From: Nitrosopumilus sp. | Lineage (GTDB): Archaea > Thermoproteota > Nitrososphaeria > Nitrososphaerales > Nitrosopumilaceae | Direction of reading: 5' to 3' | DNA: 64,000 nt | Assembly: GCA_965205425.1 (NCBI GenBank) | Contig: CBDBGZ010000004.1 | Location: forward strand, 249,682 to 313,681 | The notes under the pieces: generated by a model | The model's database searches: none | What the model saw: the letters and a program-made list of their open reading frames with translations, nothing else | Told to the model about the DNA's origin: nothing | Shown here: piece by piece, positions 33,493 through 44,611 of the stretch | Layout of the letters: the number at the start of each line of letters is the position of its first letter | Position numbering within the stretch: the stretch's first letter is position 1 | Translations under genes and position numbers: made by a program

Positions 33493-33567
33493 GCTCCTAT
33501 AGTGTAGTCTGGTTAAGCATTTTGGCTTCTCAAGCCAAAGACTCGGGTTCAAATCCCGATGGGAGCA
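33493..33567 (+). tRNA. tRNA-Glu (CTC)
   Basis: Acceptor GCTCCTA/TGGGAGC, anticodon arm TTGGC-TTCTCAA-GCCAA, T-loop TTCAAAT. Confidence 0.96.
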
Positions 33568-33621
33568 TTACACATTTGGTGCAATACCCAGATTAAAATG
33601 GGTCAAATATACAAAATAATC

Positions 33622-33753
33622 ATGAAAGCCAGATTTAATGGAAAATGTGTTGAATGCGGAGATGTCATTAAAACAGGTAAAGAAATTCTAAAGAATTCTA
33701 AAGATCAGTGGGTTCACAAAGCATGTTGTGATTTAGAAGAAGAATTGCCATAG
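33622..33753 (+). CDS. 43-aa zinc-finger microprotein
   Basis: MKARFNGKCVECG...WVHKACC (CxxC...HxxC). The longer ORF call overlaps the tRNA. Confidence 0.72.
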   Translation: MKARFNGKCVECGDVIKTGKEILKNSKDQWVHKACCDLEEELP

Positions 33754-33806
33754 ATGGATGAAATAGTAATAAATTTTTTAAATGACTTTATATTTCATAA
33801 AATGAA

Positions 33807-34229
33807 ATGGATACAAAATCAAATATTTCGTTAATGGTATCAATTATGACCGTATTTGGCATAATGATGATTCCAGGAGATGTCTCAGCAACATCAAACC
33901 AAATTACGGTGACTCCAATTAATGAAGAAATTAGTTTAGAGAAAACTATCACCATAATGAGTGTTCCACAAGATAACAAACTCCCATGGGGAACTGTAAG
34001 AGGAGAAGCTTCAGACATTGCTGAAAGATACCCAGTTATTATTCAAATGTACAAAGGAGACGATCCAATTCACTTTGCACAAGTGGATGTGAAAGGAGAT
34101 GGCTCATACGAGTACAAATTTAGAGTTAGAAGTTTAGATTCCAATACAGGTGAATTTGTAAATATCTTCCAGGGAGATTACACTGTAAAAATTTACAAGG
34201 TAATTCCAAATACTAATAATTTAGTATAA
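33807..34229 (+). CDS. Secreted hypothetical protein (beta-rich)
   Basis: Signal peptide; AQVDVKGDGSYEYKF...GDYTVK. Confidence 0.75.
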   Translation: MDTKSNISLMVSIMTVFGIMMIPGDVSATSNQITVTPINEEISLEKTITIMSVPQDNKLPWGTVRGEASDIAERYPVIIQMYKGDDPIHFAQVDVKGDGSYEYKFRVRSLDSNTGEFVNIFQGDYTVKIYKVIPNTNNLV

Positions 34230-34799
34230 TCAATAAGGAGTTCCAGATTCTCTTTGTTTTGCCAAAGCAGATACATACCATTCAAACTCTTCTAAGAATC
34301 TAGCAATTCTTCTATTGTAATTTTTATCGAGTAATTTTCCATCATCATCAAAAACTTTATGAACCTTTGAAATAGGAAATTGTGAAGAAATTGCCAAAGT
34401 TCCCATTTCTGCTAAAATTTGACGAAGATGATTTCCTGCAGTAGCACCTCCAAACGAACCAACAGAATATGACACTATTGCAGAAGGTTTGAAAAAATAT
34501 TCTTCTAAAAAATAATCTAAAGTGTTTTTTAATGCTGAAGATACACTATGGTTGTATTCAGGAGTTATAGGAACATATCCATCTGCGTCTTTGAGAATTT
34601 TTTGCAGTTTTTGTAGTTTTTCAGGAGGAGAATTCATCTCTTTGTACATTTTATCAAGTAAGGGTAATTCTAATTCGATAGGATCTACAAGGGATACATC
34701 ATGTCCTTTCTCTTCAAGTTTTGAAACAATCCATTTTGCCACTTTAATTCCATTTCTTTCAGATCGTACAGAGCCAACTATAACTACAATTTTTGCCAT
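34230..34799 (-). CDS. NADPH-dependent FMN reductase
   Basis: IVGSVR and TPEYNHS..LKN.LD motifs. Confidence 0.9.
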   Translation of the reverse strand: MAKIVVIVGSVRSERNGIKVAKWIVSKLEEKGHDVSLVDPIELELPLLDKMYKEMNSPPEKLQKLQKILKDADGYVPITPEYNHSVSSALKNTLDYFLEEYFFKPSAIVSYSVGSFGGATAGNHLRQILAEMGTLAISSQFPISKVHKVFDDDGKLLDKNYNRRIARFLEEFEWYVSALAKQRESGTPY

Positions 34800-34894
34800 A
34801 AAAAATTCACAATAAAACAAGATAAAAAATTTTTACTAAATTCAAATAATTTCATAGAATTCATATACTGAATATCCAAACGAAGAGCTAGAAA

Positions 34895-35434
34895 ATGAGT
34901 AAGAATTTTTGGCATGATATAGAATCAGGCAATGATGTTCCAGAAATAATTAATGCAATTGTAGAGATTCCCAAAGGATCTATGAACAAGTATGAATATG
35001 ACAAAAAACACAATATGATAAAATTAGACAGAGTATTGTTTTCACCATTTCACTATCCAGGAGATTATGGCCTCATCCCACAAACATTATCAGATGACGG
35101 AGATCCTCTAGATGCACTAGTATTAGTAACAAATCCAACATATCCAGGAATTCTTATCGAGGCAAGACCAATCGGATTACTTCAAATGAAAGATGATGGA
35201 AAATTAGATGACAAAATTATTTGTGTTGCCACAAATGATCCAAGATATCTACATACTGCAGACATTACAGATATTGAAGACCACTATCGTTCTGAAATTG
35301 CCCACTTTTTCCAGGTTTACAAAGATCTGGAAGGAAAGAAAGTGGAAATCATAGGATGGAAATCAGCTAAGGAAGCCAAAGTGGTAATTATTGAATCAAT
35401 TAAAAGATACAAAGATACTCTAAAAAAATATTAG
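34895..35434 (+). CDS. ppa: Inorganic pyrophosphatase
   Basis: EIPKGS.NKYE, DGDPLD and YKDLEGK motifs. Confidence 0.97.
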   Translation: MSKNFWHDIESGNDVPEIINAIVEIPKGSMNKYEYDKKHNMIKLDRVLFSPFHYPGDYGLIPQTLSDDGDPLDALVLVTNPTYPGILIEARPIGLLQMKDDGKLDDKIICVATNDPRYLHTADITDIEDHYRSEIAHFFQVYKDLEGKKVEIIGWKSAKEAKVVIIESIKRYKDTLKKY

Positions 35435-35435
35435 C

Positions 35436-35690
35436 ATGCCAAAAGAATGCGAGCATTTCACTGAAGAGAGAGAAATTTCTCAAAATACAAAAAATTGTGA
35501 AGAATGTGAAAAAGAACATTTACCAACAGTTGCACTTAGAATGTGTTTAACGTGTGGACATGTTGGATGTTGTGATTCATCTATTGGTAAACACGCAACA
35601 AAACATTTTGAAGAAACAGGTCATCCAGTAATGCAAGCAGTTCCAGAAAAGATTTGGAAGTGGTGTTATGTTCACAAAGAATTTTATTAA
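35436..35690 (+). CDS. UBP-type zinc finger protein
   Basis: LRMCLTCGHVGCCDSS..KHATKHF motif. Confidence 0.9.
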   Translation: MPKECEHFTEEREISQNTKNCEECEKEHLPTVALRMCLTCGHVGCCDSSIGKHATKHFEETGHPVMQAVPEKIWKWCYVHKEFY

Positions 35691-35717
35691 TAAAAATTAA
35701 AATTTTAATTTATCATT

Positions 35718-36278
35718 CTAATCGTAAACCATTAGCCCTTTTTCTTCAAGCAATGCATGAATCTGATTGACTGAACGATGAACATCTTTTTCAAGTTTAG
35801 CACCAACACATACCAATTTTCCTGAAGCAAAAATCAAAATCACAGTTTTAGGATCAAGCATTCTATGAATCAACCCTGGGAATTGTTCTGGCTCATACAT
35901 ACTTCTAGGAAGAGTTCTAGCAGCTTGCTCCAAGTTTACCTTGCCTCCAAGATTTATTGAAGATACAATATTTTGAATTGAAATTATAGGATCATTTTTA
36001 ATTTTGATTTTACCTTTTCGTAATATTTTTACAACTTCAAAGACAGCAGTTTCTGCCAATTCTTGTGATTTTGCACCAGTACATACCATTTTGCCTGAAC
36101 CAAAGAGAAGTGTTGCAGTCTTTGGATTTTTGAGTCTAAATACAGCACCTGGGAATTGTTCTGGATGATATTCAACGGCAGGGAATTTTTTAGTGATATC
36201 TACAAGGTCTAATTTTTGTTCAATTGTAGCAGAAGCTACAACATTAACTATTGCAATTACAGGTTTTGTTTGAGTCAT
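35718..36278 (-). CDS. tbp: TATA-box binding protein
   Basis: Two Y.PEQFPG...F.SGK.VC.GAK repeats. Confidence 0.97.
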   Translation of the reverse strand: MTQTKPVIAIVNVVASATIEQKLDLVDITKKFPAVEYHPEQFPGAVFRLKNPKTATLLFGSGKMVCTGAKSQELAETAVFEVVKILRKGKIKIKNDPIISIQNIVSSINLGGKVNLEQAARTLPRSMYEPEQFPGLIHRMLDPKTVILIFASGKLVCVGAKLEKDVHRSVNQIHALLEEKGLMVYD

Positions 36279-36282
36279 TTTC

Positions 36283-37215
36283 TTATTTTCCTCCCATCAT
36301 ATCCATATTTTGGTCTAATCTCAAACCTTTGTATCTATTTCTAATTGTTACTTCAGTGACATTTGCAGCTTCTGCAATATCACGTTGAGTTTTATCCTCA
36401 CTATTTTTGACACAAGATAAGTAAAGTGCTGCGGCAGCTAATCCCATAGGATCTTTTCCAGCTGATTCTTCATGTGCTTGTGCATCTTTGAGTACTTTAA
36501 CAGCATAACGTTTTGTTTTTTCAGTAATTCCTATAGAGCTTGCAATTCTTGCAACACACTGAACGGGGTCAACTACAGGCATTTTCAATTCTAATTCTTG
36601 ATGTAAAATTCTATAACATCTTGAAATATCTTTTTTCTTAATATTTCCAGCATCTGAAACATCTTTGAGAGTCCTTGGAGTTTCAGTATCTCTACATGCA
36701 GCATATAATGATGCTGCAATTAAAGCTGAAATAGAACGCCCTTTAACTAAACCTTTCTCTAATGCTTTTCTGTAAATGTAAGATGCTTTTTCAATAACTG
36801 CATCAGATAATGAAAGTTTATCTTTTAATGTAGATAATTCGCTCAATGCTTGTCTGAGATTTTTATCAGAAGATGCATTAACTTTACTTCTACTATCCCA
36901 AGTTCTCAATCTTTCGATAGTACTCTTCATAGTAGATGTGAGTGGTTTTCCAGAAGAGTCTTTGTTCATTGGACTGATAATAGTTGCAAGACCTCTATCA
37001 TGCATTGCTAGTGATGTAGGAGCTCCAGTTCTTGTTGGATCTGCTCCACCTTCTTTTGAAAATGATCTCCATTCAGGGCCGGAATCTTGCAATGTTTCAG
37101 TAATTACATATCCACATTTTCCACAGAATCTCTCTCCTGTAACATTATCAGTCAACATGGAATTTTTTCCACAACGACCACAGGTAGAATCGGCGTTAAT
37201 AATTTCTAAAACCAT
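36283..37215 (-). CDS. tfb: Transcription initiation factor IIB
   Basis: Zinc ribbon, GPEWRSF, GKDPMG and TEVTIRNRYK motifs. Confidence 0.97.
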   Translation of the reverse strand: MVLEIINADSTCGRCGKNSMLTDNVTGERFCGKCGYVITETLQDSGPEWRSFSKEGGADPTRTGAPTSLAMHDRGLATIISPMNKDSSGKPLTSTMKSTIERLRTWDSRSKVNASSDKNLRQALSELSTLKDKLSLSDAVIEKASYIYRKALEKGLVKGRSISALIAASLYAACRDTETPRTLKDVSDAGNIKKKDISRCYRILHQELELKMPVVDPVQCVARIASSIGITEKTKRYAVKVLKDAQAHEESAGKDPMGLAAAALYLSCVKNSEDKTQRDIAEAANVTEVTIRNRYKGLRLDQNMDMMGGK

Positions 37216-37471
37216 AAGTAATACGTATTTTATGCTATTGATTTCCTATATAAACGACTTTTTACAGATTTTTTCAAGGATTTTTTTCAAGCCTATTTTG
37301 ATGACCAAATTTGGTAAGAATTGAGAATTTGCCCAAAATTCATCAAAAATGAATAAAATTTGAATTTCTAGGTTTCCAGCATTTACAATTTAACACAAGA
37401 AATAGTGAAAAATATGACATATACTAAAAATGGATATTGATTTTTTAGTAGTTGTAAAACAATGAAATCAT

Positions 37472-39244
37472 ATGGTAGGATATCAGATTGATAAATGGGA
37501 TCTTTCGGAACTAGCAAAAAATCCAAAAAGTCAAGCATTTCAAAAACAAATTCAAGAATTAGAAAAACAAGCAGTAAAGTTTGAAAAAATTAAATCAAAA
37601 CTAAATCCTAAAATGTCATCCAAACAATTTATGAATATTCTCAATCAAGTTGAAGAAATTTCAGAAAATATGAGCAAGATTGGAGGGTATGCATCATTGG
37701 CATATTCATCAGATACACAATCAGATGAAGCAACATCTCTAATGACAAAAATGTCAAAATTAGGTTCAGAGATTTCAAACAAGATTTTATTTTTTGATTT
37801 GTGGTGGAAGACACAAGTTGATGATAAAAATGCAAAAAGACTCATGAAAGATACAGGTGAAATTAAAGAGTATCTATCACACAAAAGACTATTTGCAAAA
37901 TATGCTCTTAGTGAACCTGAAGAGCGAATTATAAACACATTAGATGTAACTGGAATTTCGGCACTTGTCAAACTGTATGACAAAATTACTAATTCTTTTG
38001 AATATAAAATGAAAATTGGAAGTAAATCTAAAATTATGACCAGAGAAGAACTTACAAATTATGTGAGAAGTACAAATCCAAAAATTCGAGAAACAGCATA
38101 CAAAACAATTCTTTCAAAATATTCTGAAAATAAAGGAGTAGTTGGAGAAATTTATCAAAACATTGTTCTTAATTGGAAAGATGAAGGTATTGAAATTCGA
38201 AATTACAAATCTCCAATATCTATGAGAAATATTGGGAATGATGTGGATGATAAAACTATAGACTCCTTACTCTCAGTTTGTAAGAAGAATTCCCCCGTTT
38301 TTCAGAAATTTTTCACTCAAAAAGCAAAGATGCTAAAAATGAAAAAATTACGAAGATATGATTTGTATGCGCCTGCAGCAGCCAGCATTAAAGAAAAAAA
38401 ATATTCATACGATAAATCAGTCAAATTAGTTTTTGAATCACTAGGGAAATTCAGCAATACATTAGAAGAATATGCCCGAAAAGTATTCAATGAGAATCAT
38501 ATAGATTCAGCAGTAAGGCAAGGAAAACGAGATGGAGCTTTTTGCAGCACTCTAACTCCAAAAATCACACCTTATGTTTTAGTAAATTTTACAGGTAAAT
38601 CTAGAGATGTCTTTACTCTAGCCCACGAATTAGGTCATGCAGTTCATAGTCAAGCTGCACAAGACAGATCAATTCTTGTTCAAGACGCACCACTACCTCT
38701 AGCAGAAACAGCATCAACATTTTCAGAGTTATTATTATACGATAATTTATCCAGCAAAATTTCTGATGACGAGAAAAAGACTATGCTTTCAGAAAAAATA
38801 GATGATCTATATGCAACAATTCTAAGACAATCATTTTTTACAATCTTTGAAGTAGATGCTCACAAACAAATTGGTGATGGAACAACTATTGATGAAATTT
38901 CAAAGACCTATTTGAGGAATCTCAAAGTACAGTTTGGAAATTCAGTGATTCTATCAGATGATTTTGCAGTAGAATGGAGTTGTATTCCTCATTTTTATCA
39001 TACACCATTTTATTGCTATGCATATTCTTTTGGAAATTTACTTGCATTATCATTATTTCAAAGATACAAAAAAGAAGGAAAAGACTTTGTTCCAGCATAC
39101 ATTAGCATTCTTGCAGCAGGAGGTTCCAAAAAACCTGAAAAACTTCTTTCAGAATATGGCTTTGATATTAAAAGTCCAAAATTCTGGCAAGAGGGATTTG
39201 ACTATGTTAAAGACCAAGTAAACACACTCTCATCATTAAATTAG
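37472..39244 (+). CDS. pepF: M3 oligoendopeptidase F
   Basis: GKRDGAFC, TLAHELGH, AETASTF and IPHFY motifs. Confidence 0.92.
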   Translation: MVGYQIDKWDLSELAKNPKSQAFQKQIQELEKQAVKFEKIKSKLNPKMSSKQFMNILNQVEEISENMSKIGGYASLAYSSDTQSDEATSLMTKMSKLGSEISNKILFFDLWWKTQVDDKNAKRLMKDTGEIKEYLSHKRLFAKYALSEPEERIINTLDVTGISALVKLYDKITNSFEYKMKIGSKSKIMTREELTNYVRSTNPKIRETAYKTILSKYSENKGVVGEIYQNIVLNWKDEGIEIRNYKSPISMRNIGNDVDDKTIDSLLSVCKKNSPVFQKFFTQKAKMLKMKKLRRYDLYAPAAASIKEKKYSYDKSVKLVFESLGKFSNTLEEYARKVFNENHIDSAVRQGKRDGAFCSTLTPKITPYVLVNFTGKSRDVFTLAHELGHAVHSQAAQDRSILVQDAPLPLAETASTFSELLLYDNLSSKISDDEKKTMLSEKIDDLYATILRQSFFTIFEVDAHKQIGDGTTIDEISKTYLRNLKVQFGNSVILSDDFAVEWSCIPHFYHTPFYCYAYSFGNLLALSLFQRYKKEGKDFVPAYISILAAGGSKKPEKLLSEYGFDIKSPKFWQEGFDYVKDQVNTLSSLN

Positions 39245-39258
39245 ATTTTAGAATAAAT

Positions 39259-39330
39259 GGGGCCGACAGTCCAACGCATGGACTGCCGGCTTGTTCCCCG
39301 AACGGTTTGAATTCGATGTCAATTCCAAGA
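39259..39330 (-). ncRNA. Candidate structured small RNA (GC-rich hairpin)
   Basis: Minus strand GGGGAACAA-GCCGGCAGTCCA-TGCGT-TGGACTGTCGGC-CCC; TTTAAA at 39345-39350 upstream. Confidence 0.45.
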
Positions 39331-39359
39331 CAATAATAATCTGATTTAAACGTTTGAAA

Positions 39360-39932
39360 TTATTTTAAATCTAATTTCTTAGGTTTAATTTTTCTAATGG
39401 AACCAATTAGAATCCCAATAGTAATTCCTAACTGATAAAGAAAATACAATAATACTTCAAATGTGCTAGGGGTAAGATCTGTGAACCTACTTATGGCAGT
39501 TAATATCAATATGAAAGCACTAAAAAAGAAAACAAATCCTTTGGTGATGCCATTAAGATTAGTGAATTTTAAAATAACAAAGCTCATCACAGTTACAGAA
39601 ATTGCCAATACAGTTAGAAATCCAGTGTTCATTCCAAAAATCAAAAATAGAGAAGATGCAATCTCACTAGGGTTATTTGCAGACAAATTTGAGAAGTTAA
39701 TTTTTTCAGGAGAGGCAAATCTAGAAACACTTAGAATGGCATTTATCAAAAAAAGAACAAACATTGTGATTGAAACAGTTTTCACATGATTTTGTAACCG
39801 AGGAAATCTCATCAAAATAGATCTACCAAGAATTACTCCTTGGAATAAGCCAATTCCAAATGCACTCAAAACAGCAATTAGTTGAATAACGGGATGTAGA
39901 AAAATATCAACGAGAAATGGAATTAATGCCAT
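39360..39932 (-). CDS. Hypothetical multi-pass membrane protein
   Basis: About five hydrophobic segments. Confidence 0.78.
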   Translation of the reverse strand: MALIPFLVDIFLHPVIQLIAVLSAFGIGLFQGVILGRSILMRFPRLQNHVKTVSITMFVLFLINAILSVSRFASPEKINFSNLSANNPSEIASSLFLIFGMNTGFLTVLAISVTVMSFVILKFTNLNGITKGFVFFFSAFILILTAISRFTDLTPSTFEVLLYFLYQLGITIGILIGSIRKIKPKKLDLK

Positions 39933-40074
39933 ATTAACAAGAATTCATTGCATTTGAGAATATTAGTTACCAGATAAGGTATTCTTGTTAAAAAAATAAA
40001 AAAAACTACGATCAAATGATTATTCTGAACGAAATAAGAGAAAAGTTAATAATTTCATTTCCAAAGTCATTTTC

Positions 40075-41223
40075 ATGCACAGTAAGATAATTTCTCTAAC
40101 ATTAATTGCATTAATTGGAATAACAACAAATGTTGTATGGGCTCAAGAAATCGGTCATTCAACATTTCAAGAAACAGCACAACTTGTTATTGATAAGAGC
40201 ATATCTCAAAATGTAACAGCGTCAATTACTTTGCAAAGTACCAGTATCCAAGAAATGAAAATTCCTGCTGAATTAGAACAAAAAATTAGAGAAGATCATC
40301 GAGTTAAAGCCATGATTTTGACAAACCAAGATCAATGTGTTCTTGGAGTACAAGGTGAATCATGTATTATGATTAATGTTGAAAGAGACCCTGAAGATAA
40401 AGGAATCATCATGATTCAAGAAAATTCAAGGAAAATTGGTGATAAGTATATCAATGAAATTAATGAAACATTTGATACAAATGCAAAATTTCATTCAACT
40501 TATGTTCATACCAATGATCTTACAAATACAGCATTAGAAACATCAGGAGTCATTTCAGGTAAAGGAGTTATTTCAGTAGTGTACACATTACCAATGGAAG
40601 ATACAAATTCCATGTATGATAAAATCTCAGCACTTTTAATTCATAAAACCATTAGAGAGGGTGAAGGATTTTACAAAATTGCAAGAGATTTATCCATAAA
40701 TGATAATGCAAAAATGACATTTTCATTGCTTCCAACAGAATCTAGATCATTGATGCAATTGAAATTATCAGTAGATCATCCGAACCAAGCCCTAGAAATT
40801 TCAGATGTCAGCCCAATGAAGTTTTTCAATACAGAAAAAATGAATAGATCAGATTATTTCTCCTCAGGATTCTATCCCTTAAATTCAATAATTCAAGTTG
40901 TGGTATTATCCCCAGATAACACGAATGTTTCAAATGTTAAAGGAAACATAATTGAATCACAGATAATAGATAACGAAAAAATTCCAATAGAAATTACAAA
41001 ACAAGGTTGGATTTTTGATCCCGAAGAAGGGCAAAGAATTCAAGGAAAATACATTTTTGGTAAAGAAACATCTGTTAACAGTAAAGAATTAGAATTTTCT
41101 TTAGGAGGAACCAATTTACAAATAGAAAAACCAAAAGTAGATGAATCAATAATCATAGTTATAATAATCACAGTTGTTGCAATTACAGCTGCAGTATTTT
41201 ATCTCAAAGGATATAAAAAATAA
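40075..41223 (+). CDS. Hypothetical secreted protein with C-terminal membrane anchor
   Basis: Signal peptide; C-terminal TM followed by KGYKK. Confidence 0.8.
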   Translation: MHSKIISLTLIALIGITTNVVWAQEIGHSTFQETAQLVIDKSISQNVTASITLQSTSIQEMKIPAELEQKIREDHRVKAMILTNQDQCVLGVQGESCIMINVERDPEDKGIIMIQENSRKIGDKYINEINETFDTNAKFHSTYVHTNDLTNTALETSGVISGKGVISVVYTLPMEDTNSMYDKISALLIHKTIREGEGFYKIARDLSINDNAKMTFSLLPTESRSLMQLKLSVDHPNQALEISDVSPMKFFNTEKMNRSDYFSSGFYPLNSIIQVVVLSPDNTNVSNVKGNIIESQIIDNEKIPIEITKQGWIFDPEEGQRIQGKYIFGKETSVNSKELEFSLGGTNLQIEKPKVDESIIIVIIITVVAITAAVFYLKGYKK

Positions 41224-43505
41224 GGTGATTGTAAACCTATTACCACCAACTATTTTTGAGTAATTATTGGAAAAAACAATCAACATAATTGAGTTATCTA
41301 AAATAATTCACAACAAATCAACGGCATTGGAATTTCTCTGCAACCAATTCAAAAAGAAAAACACAATTCATTGTTCATCATGTAACTCTGAGAATTACTA
41401 TATTATTTCAAGAGGGAAACTAAGATGCAAAGATTGCAAGACAAATTATAGACCGTTTGCTGGAACATGGTTTGATATCATCAACATTAATTTTACAAAA
41501 TGGTTGGCCCTAGTCAAACTATTTGATCTTGGGATTAGTGCAAGACGTGCAGCTAGAGAAGCGGATGTCAGTTATCCAACTGCACTAAATGCTTTTGATT
41601 GTATTAGATATGCCATACTGTATCATCTAGCAGAATCTGACAAGAAACTAAAAGGGAAAATTGAGGCTGACGAGGCGTATTTTGGAGGAAAAAGAAAGGG
41701 AAATCGTGGCAGAGGTGCCAAGAACAAGACCATCGTATTTGGCATACTGGAAAGAAAGGGAAAAGTTCACGTTGAGATTGTAAACAACGTCAAAGCTAAA
41801 ACTCTTCTTGCAAGCACCATCAAGAAAGTAAAGAAAGGAAGTATTGTGTATACGGACAAGTGGAAAGGATATGATTCTCTAATTTTCAATGGTTACAAGC
41901 ATCTCTCAATAGACCACAGCAAAATGTTTGGTAAAGGCGATGTTTACATAAATGGAATCGAAGGGTTTTGGAGTTTTGCAAAAGAGAACATGGCAAAGCA
42001 TCACGGAGTGTACGTGTTTAGGTCCAGACTCACACATATTTCACAATTTCATCTAAAATATTGCAATTCCTAACCTTCCATGTCATAATACAACTCATTA
42101 AATTTCCAAACATTCTCATACCCTTCTCATTCCTAACACATCCACGAATCTTTCTACAAATTACTGACTCTCGTAATGCACGCTCAGCTGCATTGTTTGT
42201 TGGTTCCACTCCTGGATATAGCAAAAATGTGAACAGGTTATTCTTTGCGTTATTAATCTTGGTTAGAAATTTTTGTAATGATTCATCATCAGTATATTGT
42301 AACAGGATTTGCTCCAATGACAGTATGGCAGAATCATACAGAAAATAATTTGGTTTTTCTATTTTGTATAATGTGATGTATACAAACAATTCTTTCAAAG
42401 ATTGATACAATGAGGTAGAATTGTCTGTTTCTAGTTTTTCTGATGTGTGTCTTGCCTCACGCAGTATGTGGGCCCAGCACCTCTGTCTGATACTAAACAT
42501 ATGGTATGGCATCCATCCATCACAGACTGCAACTCCTGCAAATGATGGGAAATGTTTCTGTAACACATTTTTGCCTCGACTTTTCTCAACTGTGATAAAA
42601 CACGAGTTCTGGTTCACTCCAGTCCATACCCATCCCGTATTTCCATGAATGGAATATTTTGTCTCATCAAAATGCGCAGATTTTGAGGCACAGATGTCAT
42701 CTCTGATTTTCTCTACGACAGGTTCTAGTGCTGCAGAAGTGTTACACAGACAATTGTTGATTGTACCTGCAGATATTTTTATACAATAAAATGATTGAAG
42801 CATCTTTGCAATGTTTCTTAGTGTAATTCTAGCTGACCACAGAGATAGTATGATCCCTGTCAAATTAAATCCCAAATTTCCTTTCTGGGGTATTGCACAA
42901 TCAGATGTCGTTGTGTTGCCGCAGTTGTTGCAAAAGTATGAGTGGATTACGTGTTTGGTTATGATAACTGGTTGCGGTTTTGGAATTTCTACAATGATTC
43001 TGGTTTGTTGTGTGGTTTGTTCTATCTTCTTGCTGCTACATATTGAGCATTGGTCTGTTTTGTGAAGAATGGTCTCTGTTGGTTTGAAATTAGTAGTTGT
43101 TCCCTTGTGTCCCGGCTTTTGTCCTGGTTTGTTGTGATGGTTTGATTTTCTGTTCTTCTTTTGTTTCCTCCAATGGAGAGAATCAGATGATGGCGGAGAG
43201 TTTGGGTTATCATAGTAAGATAATTTTGATTCCAGCTGCTTGATTTTGATTTCCAATTCTATATTTTTTCTTGCCAAATCATCACAGTTTTTGCACGGTT
43301 TAGAGTCCATTATTTCTTGAAAATTCTTCTCTGATCTAAATTATTCGGTTTAATCTAGGCGTGACCTAAACACATACCACGGAGTAAGTCCAGGAATGTT
43401 TTTGTTGTACATCAAAGAAATGGAATGGAGATACAACAACAGAGATGAGGATACTTTCTCATTATTGTTAGATTATGTGTTGGTGGTGAATAATTGATAA
43501 TCACC
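41224..43505 (+). mobile_element. IS1595-family element, copy 3, interrupted by IS66
   Basis: TSD AAAAATAA; length 2282 = 906 + 1368 + 8. Confidence 0.95.
42010..43377 (-). mobile_element. IS66-family element, copy 2 (intact ORF 42030-43310)
   Basis: 1368 bp; TSD CACGGAGT. Confidence 0.96.
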
Positions 43506-43513
43506 AAAAATAA

Positions 43514-44065
43514 TTATAACAAAAGAACAGCTGCTGCAAAAACAGTTGTCCATTTTCCATCCTTGTCGCCTTTAGTAGCGGAAGTAATATTATGAGTATT
43601 GTAAATTTCTCCAGAGATCGACCACTGCTGTCTTTTTTCATTCCATGCTTTATCAGCATCAAAAGGAATTCCTAGAGAAGATGCAAGCATTTGTGCGGCA
43701 ATATCTTCAGCATAATCACCGGCCTGAACTTCATTTTGTCCAAAGGCTTCATATTCAGAAAGGTATCCATATCTAGATGTATCCTTTGGTTGTGCAAGAC
43801 CTACAGATGCAGAACAAACTCTATGAGGTTCATTGGTTTGATTTTTAGAATAAATTGTAAATAGAATTTGTCCAGGCGAAATTTTTTTCAGTCCTTCTTT
43901 CCTAGAAATTAATTTTGCATTTGGAGGGAATATACTTGAAATTAGAACTAAGTTTGTTCCGGCAATTCCTGCATCTCTAAGTGCATATTCAAAACTAGTT
44001 AATCTATCTTCATGAACGCCTTTTCCTTTTGTAAGAAACAAATTCTTGGCAACTAAATCTAACAT
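43514..44065 (-). CDS. pdaD: Pyruvoyl-dependent arginine decarboxylase
   Basis: SFEYALRDAGI, NLVLISSIFP (S-S self-cleavage site) and GYLSEY motifs. Confidence 0.92.
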   Translation of the reverse strand: MLDLVAKNLFLTKGKGVHEDRLTSFEYALRDAGIAGTNLVLISSIFPPNAKLISRKEGLKKISPGQILFTIYSKNQTNEPHRVCSASVGLAQPKDTSRYGYLSEYEAFGQNEVQAGDYAEDIAAQMLASSLGIPFDADKAWNEKRQQWSISGEIYNTHNITSATKGDKDGKWTTVFAAAVLLL

Positions 44066-44140
44066 TTCTGAATTGATGAAAGAAAATTATTATTTATACT
44101 TTAATTACAATATGAGGCTAAAATCTCTCAAGTTAAATTT

Positions 44141-44389
44141 TTAAGATTTGTCAGTTTTTCTTTTCTTCTTTCTTTTATCAGGATCCTTTTTGACTTGTGT
44201 CAAATAGATGAATGCAAAGAATGCACCTAATCCAACGTTTATGACACCCATGAAAGTGATCATCATAGTTTGCTGAGGTCCAGCAACAGGAGATAATCCA
44301 ATAACAATGCCAAGAGAGCCTGTTGCAAAAAACATAATCAACAAAAACTTGACTCTGGTAGGTTCGATGTATCTCAATACAAGTATCAA
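44141..44389 (-). CDS. Small two-TM membrane protein
   Basis: Two hydrophobic helices and a basic tail. Confidence 0.7.
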   Translation of the reverse strand: MILVLRYIEPTRVKFLLIMFFATGSLGIVIGLSPVAGPQQTMMITFMGVINVGLGAFFAFIYLTQVKKDPDKRKKKRKTDKS

Positions 44390-44501
44390 AAGATGGGATT
44401 ATTATAAACTGACGGTGAATTTAGCGATTTTCTAATAAGAATTATTTTCAAACGAACCACAGGTAACACTTTAAACCTTCAAAAATTTCATTTTACTTCG
44501 T

Positions 44502-44575
44502 GCCAATGTAGCTCAGCCTGGTAGAGCAATTGATTTGTAATCAATAGGTCATGGGTTCAGATCCCGTCATTGGCT
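44502..44575 (+). tRNA. tRNA-Thr (TGT)
   Basis: Acceptor GCCAATG/CATTGGC, anticodon arm ATTGA-TTTGTAA-TCAAT; TTTAAA upstream. Confidence 0.96.
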
Positions 44576-44611
44576 CTTAAATTTTTATAAAATATAGAAT
44601 CTTAGGATTTG

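Noticed and set aside
35718..37215. Adjacent tfb-tbp pair as a novelty
   Set aside because: Ordinary basal transcription factor genes with no unusual sequence features.
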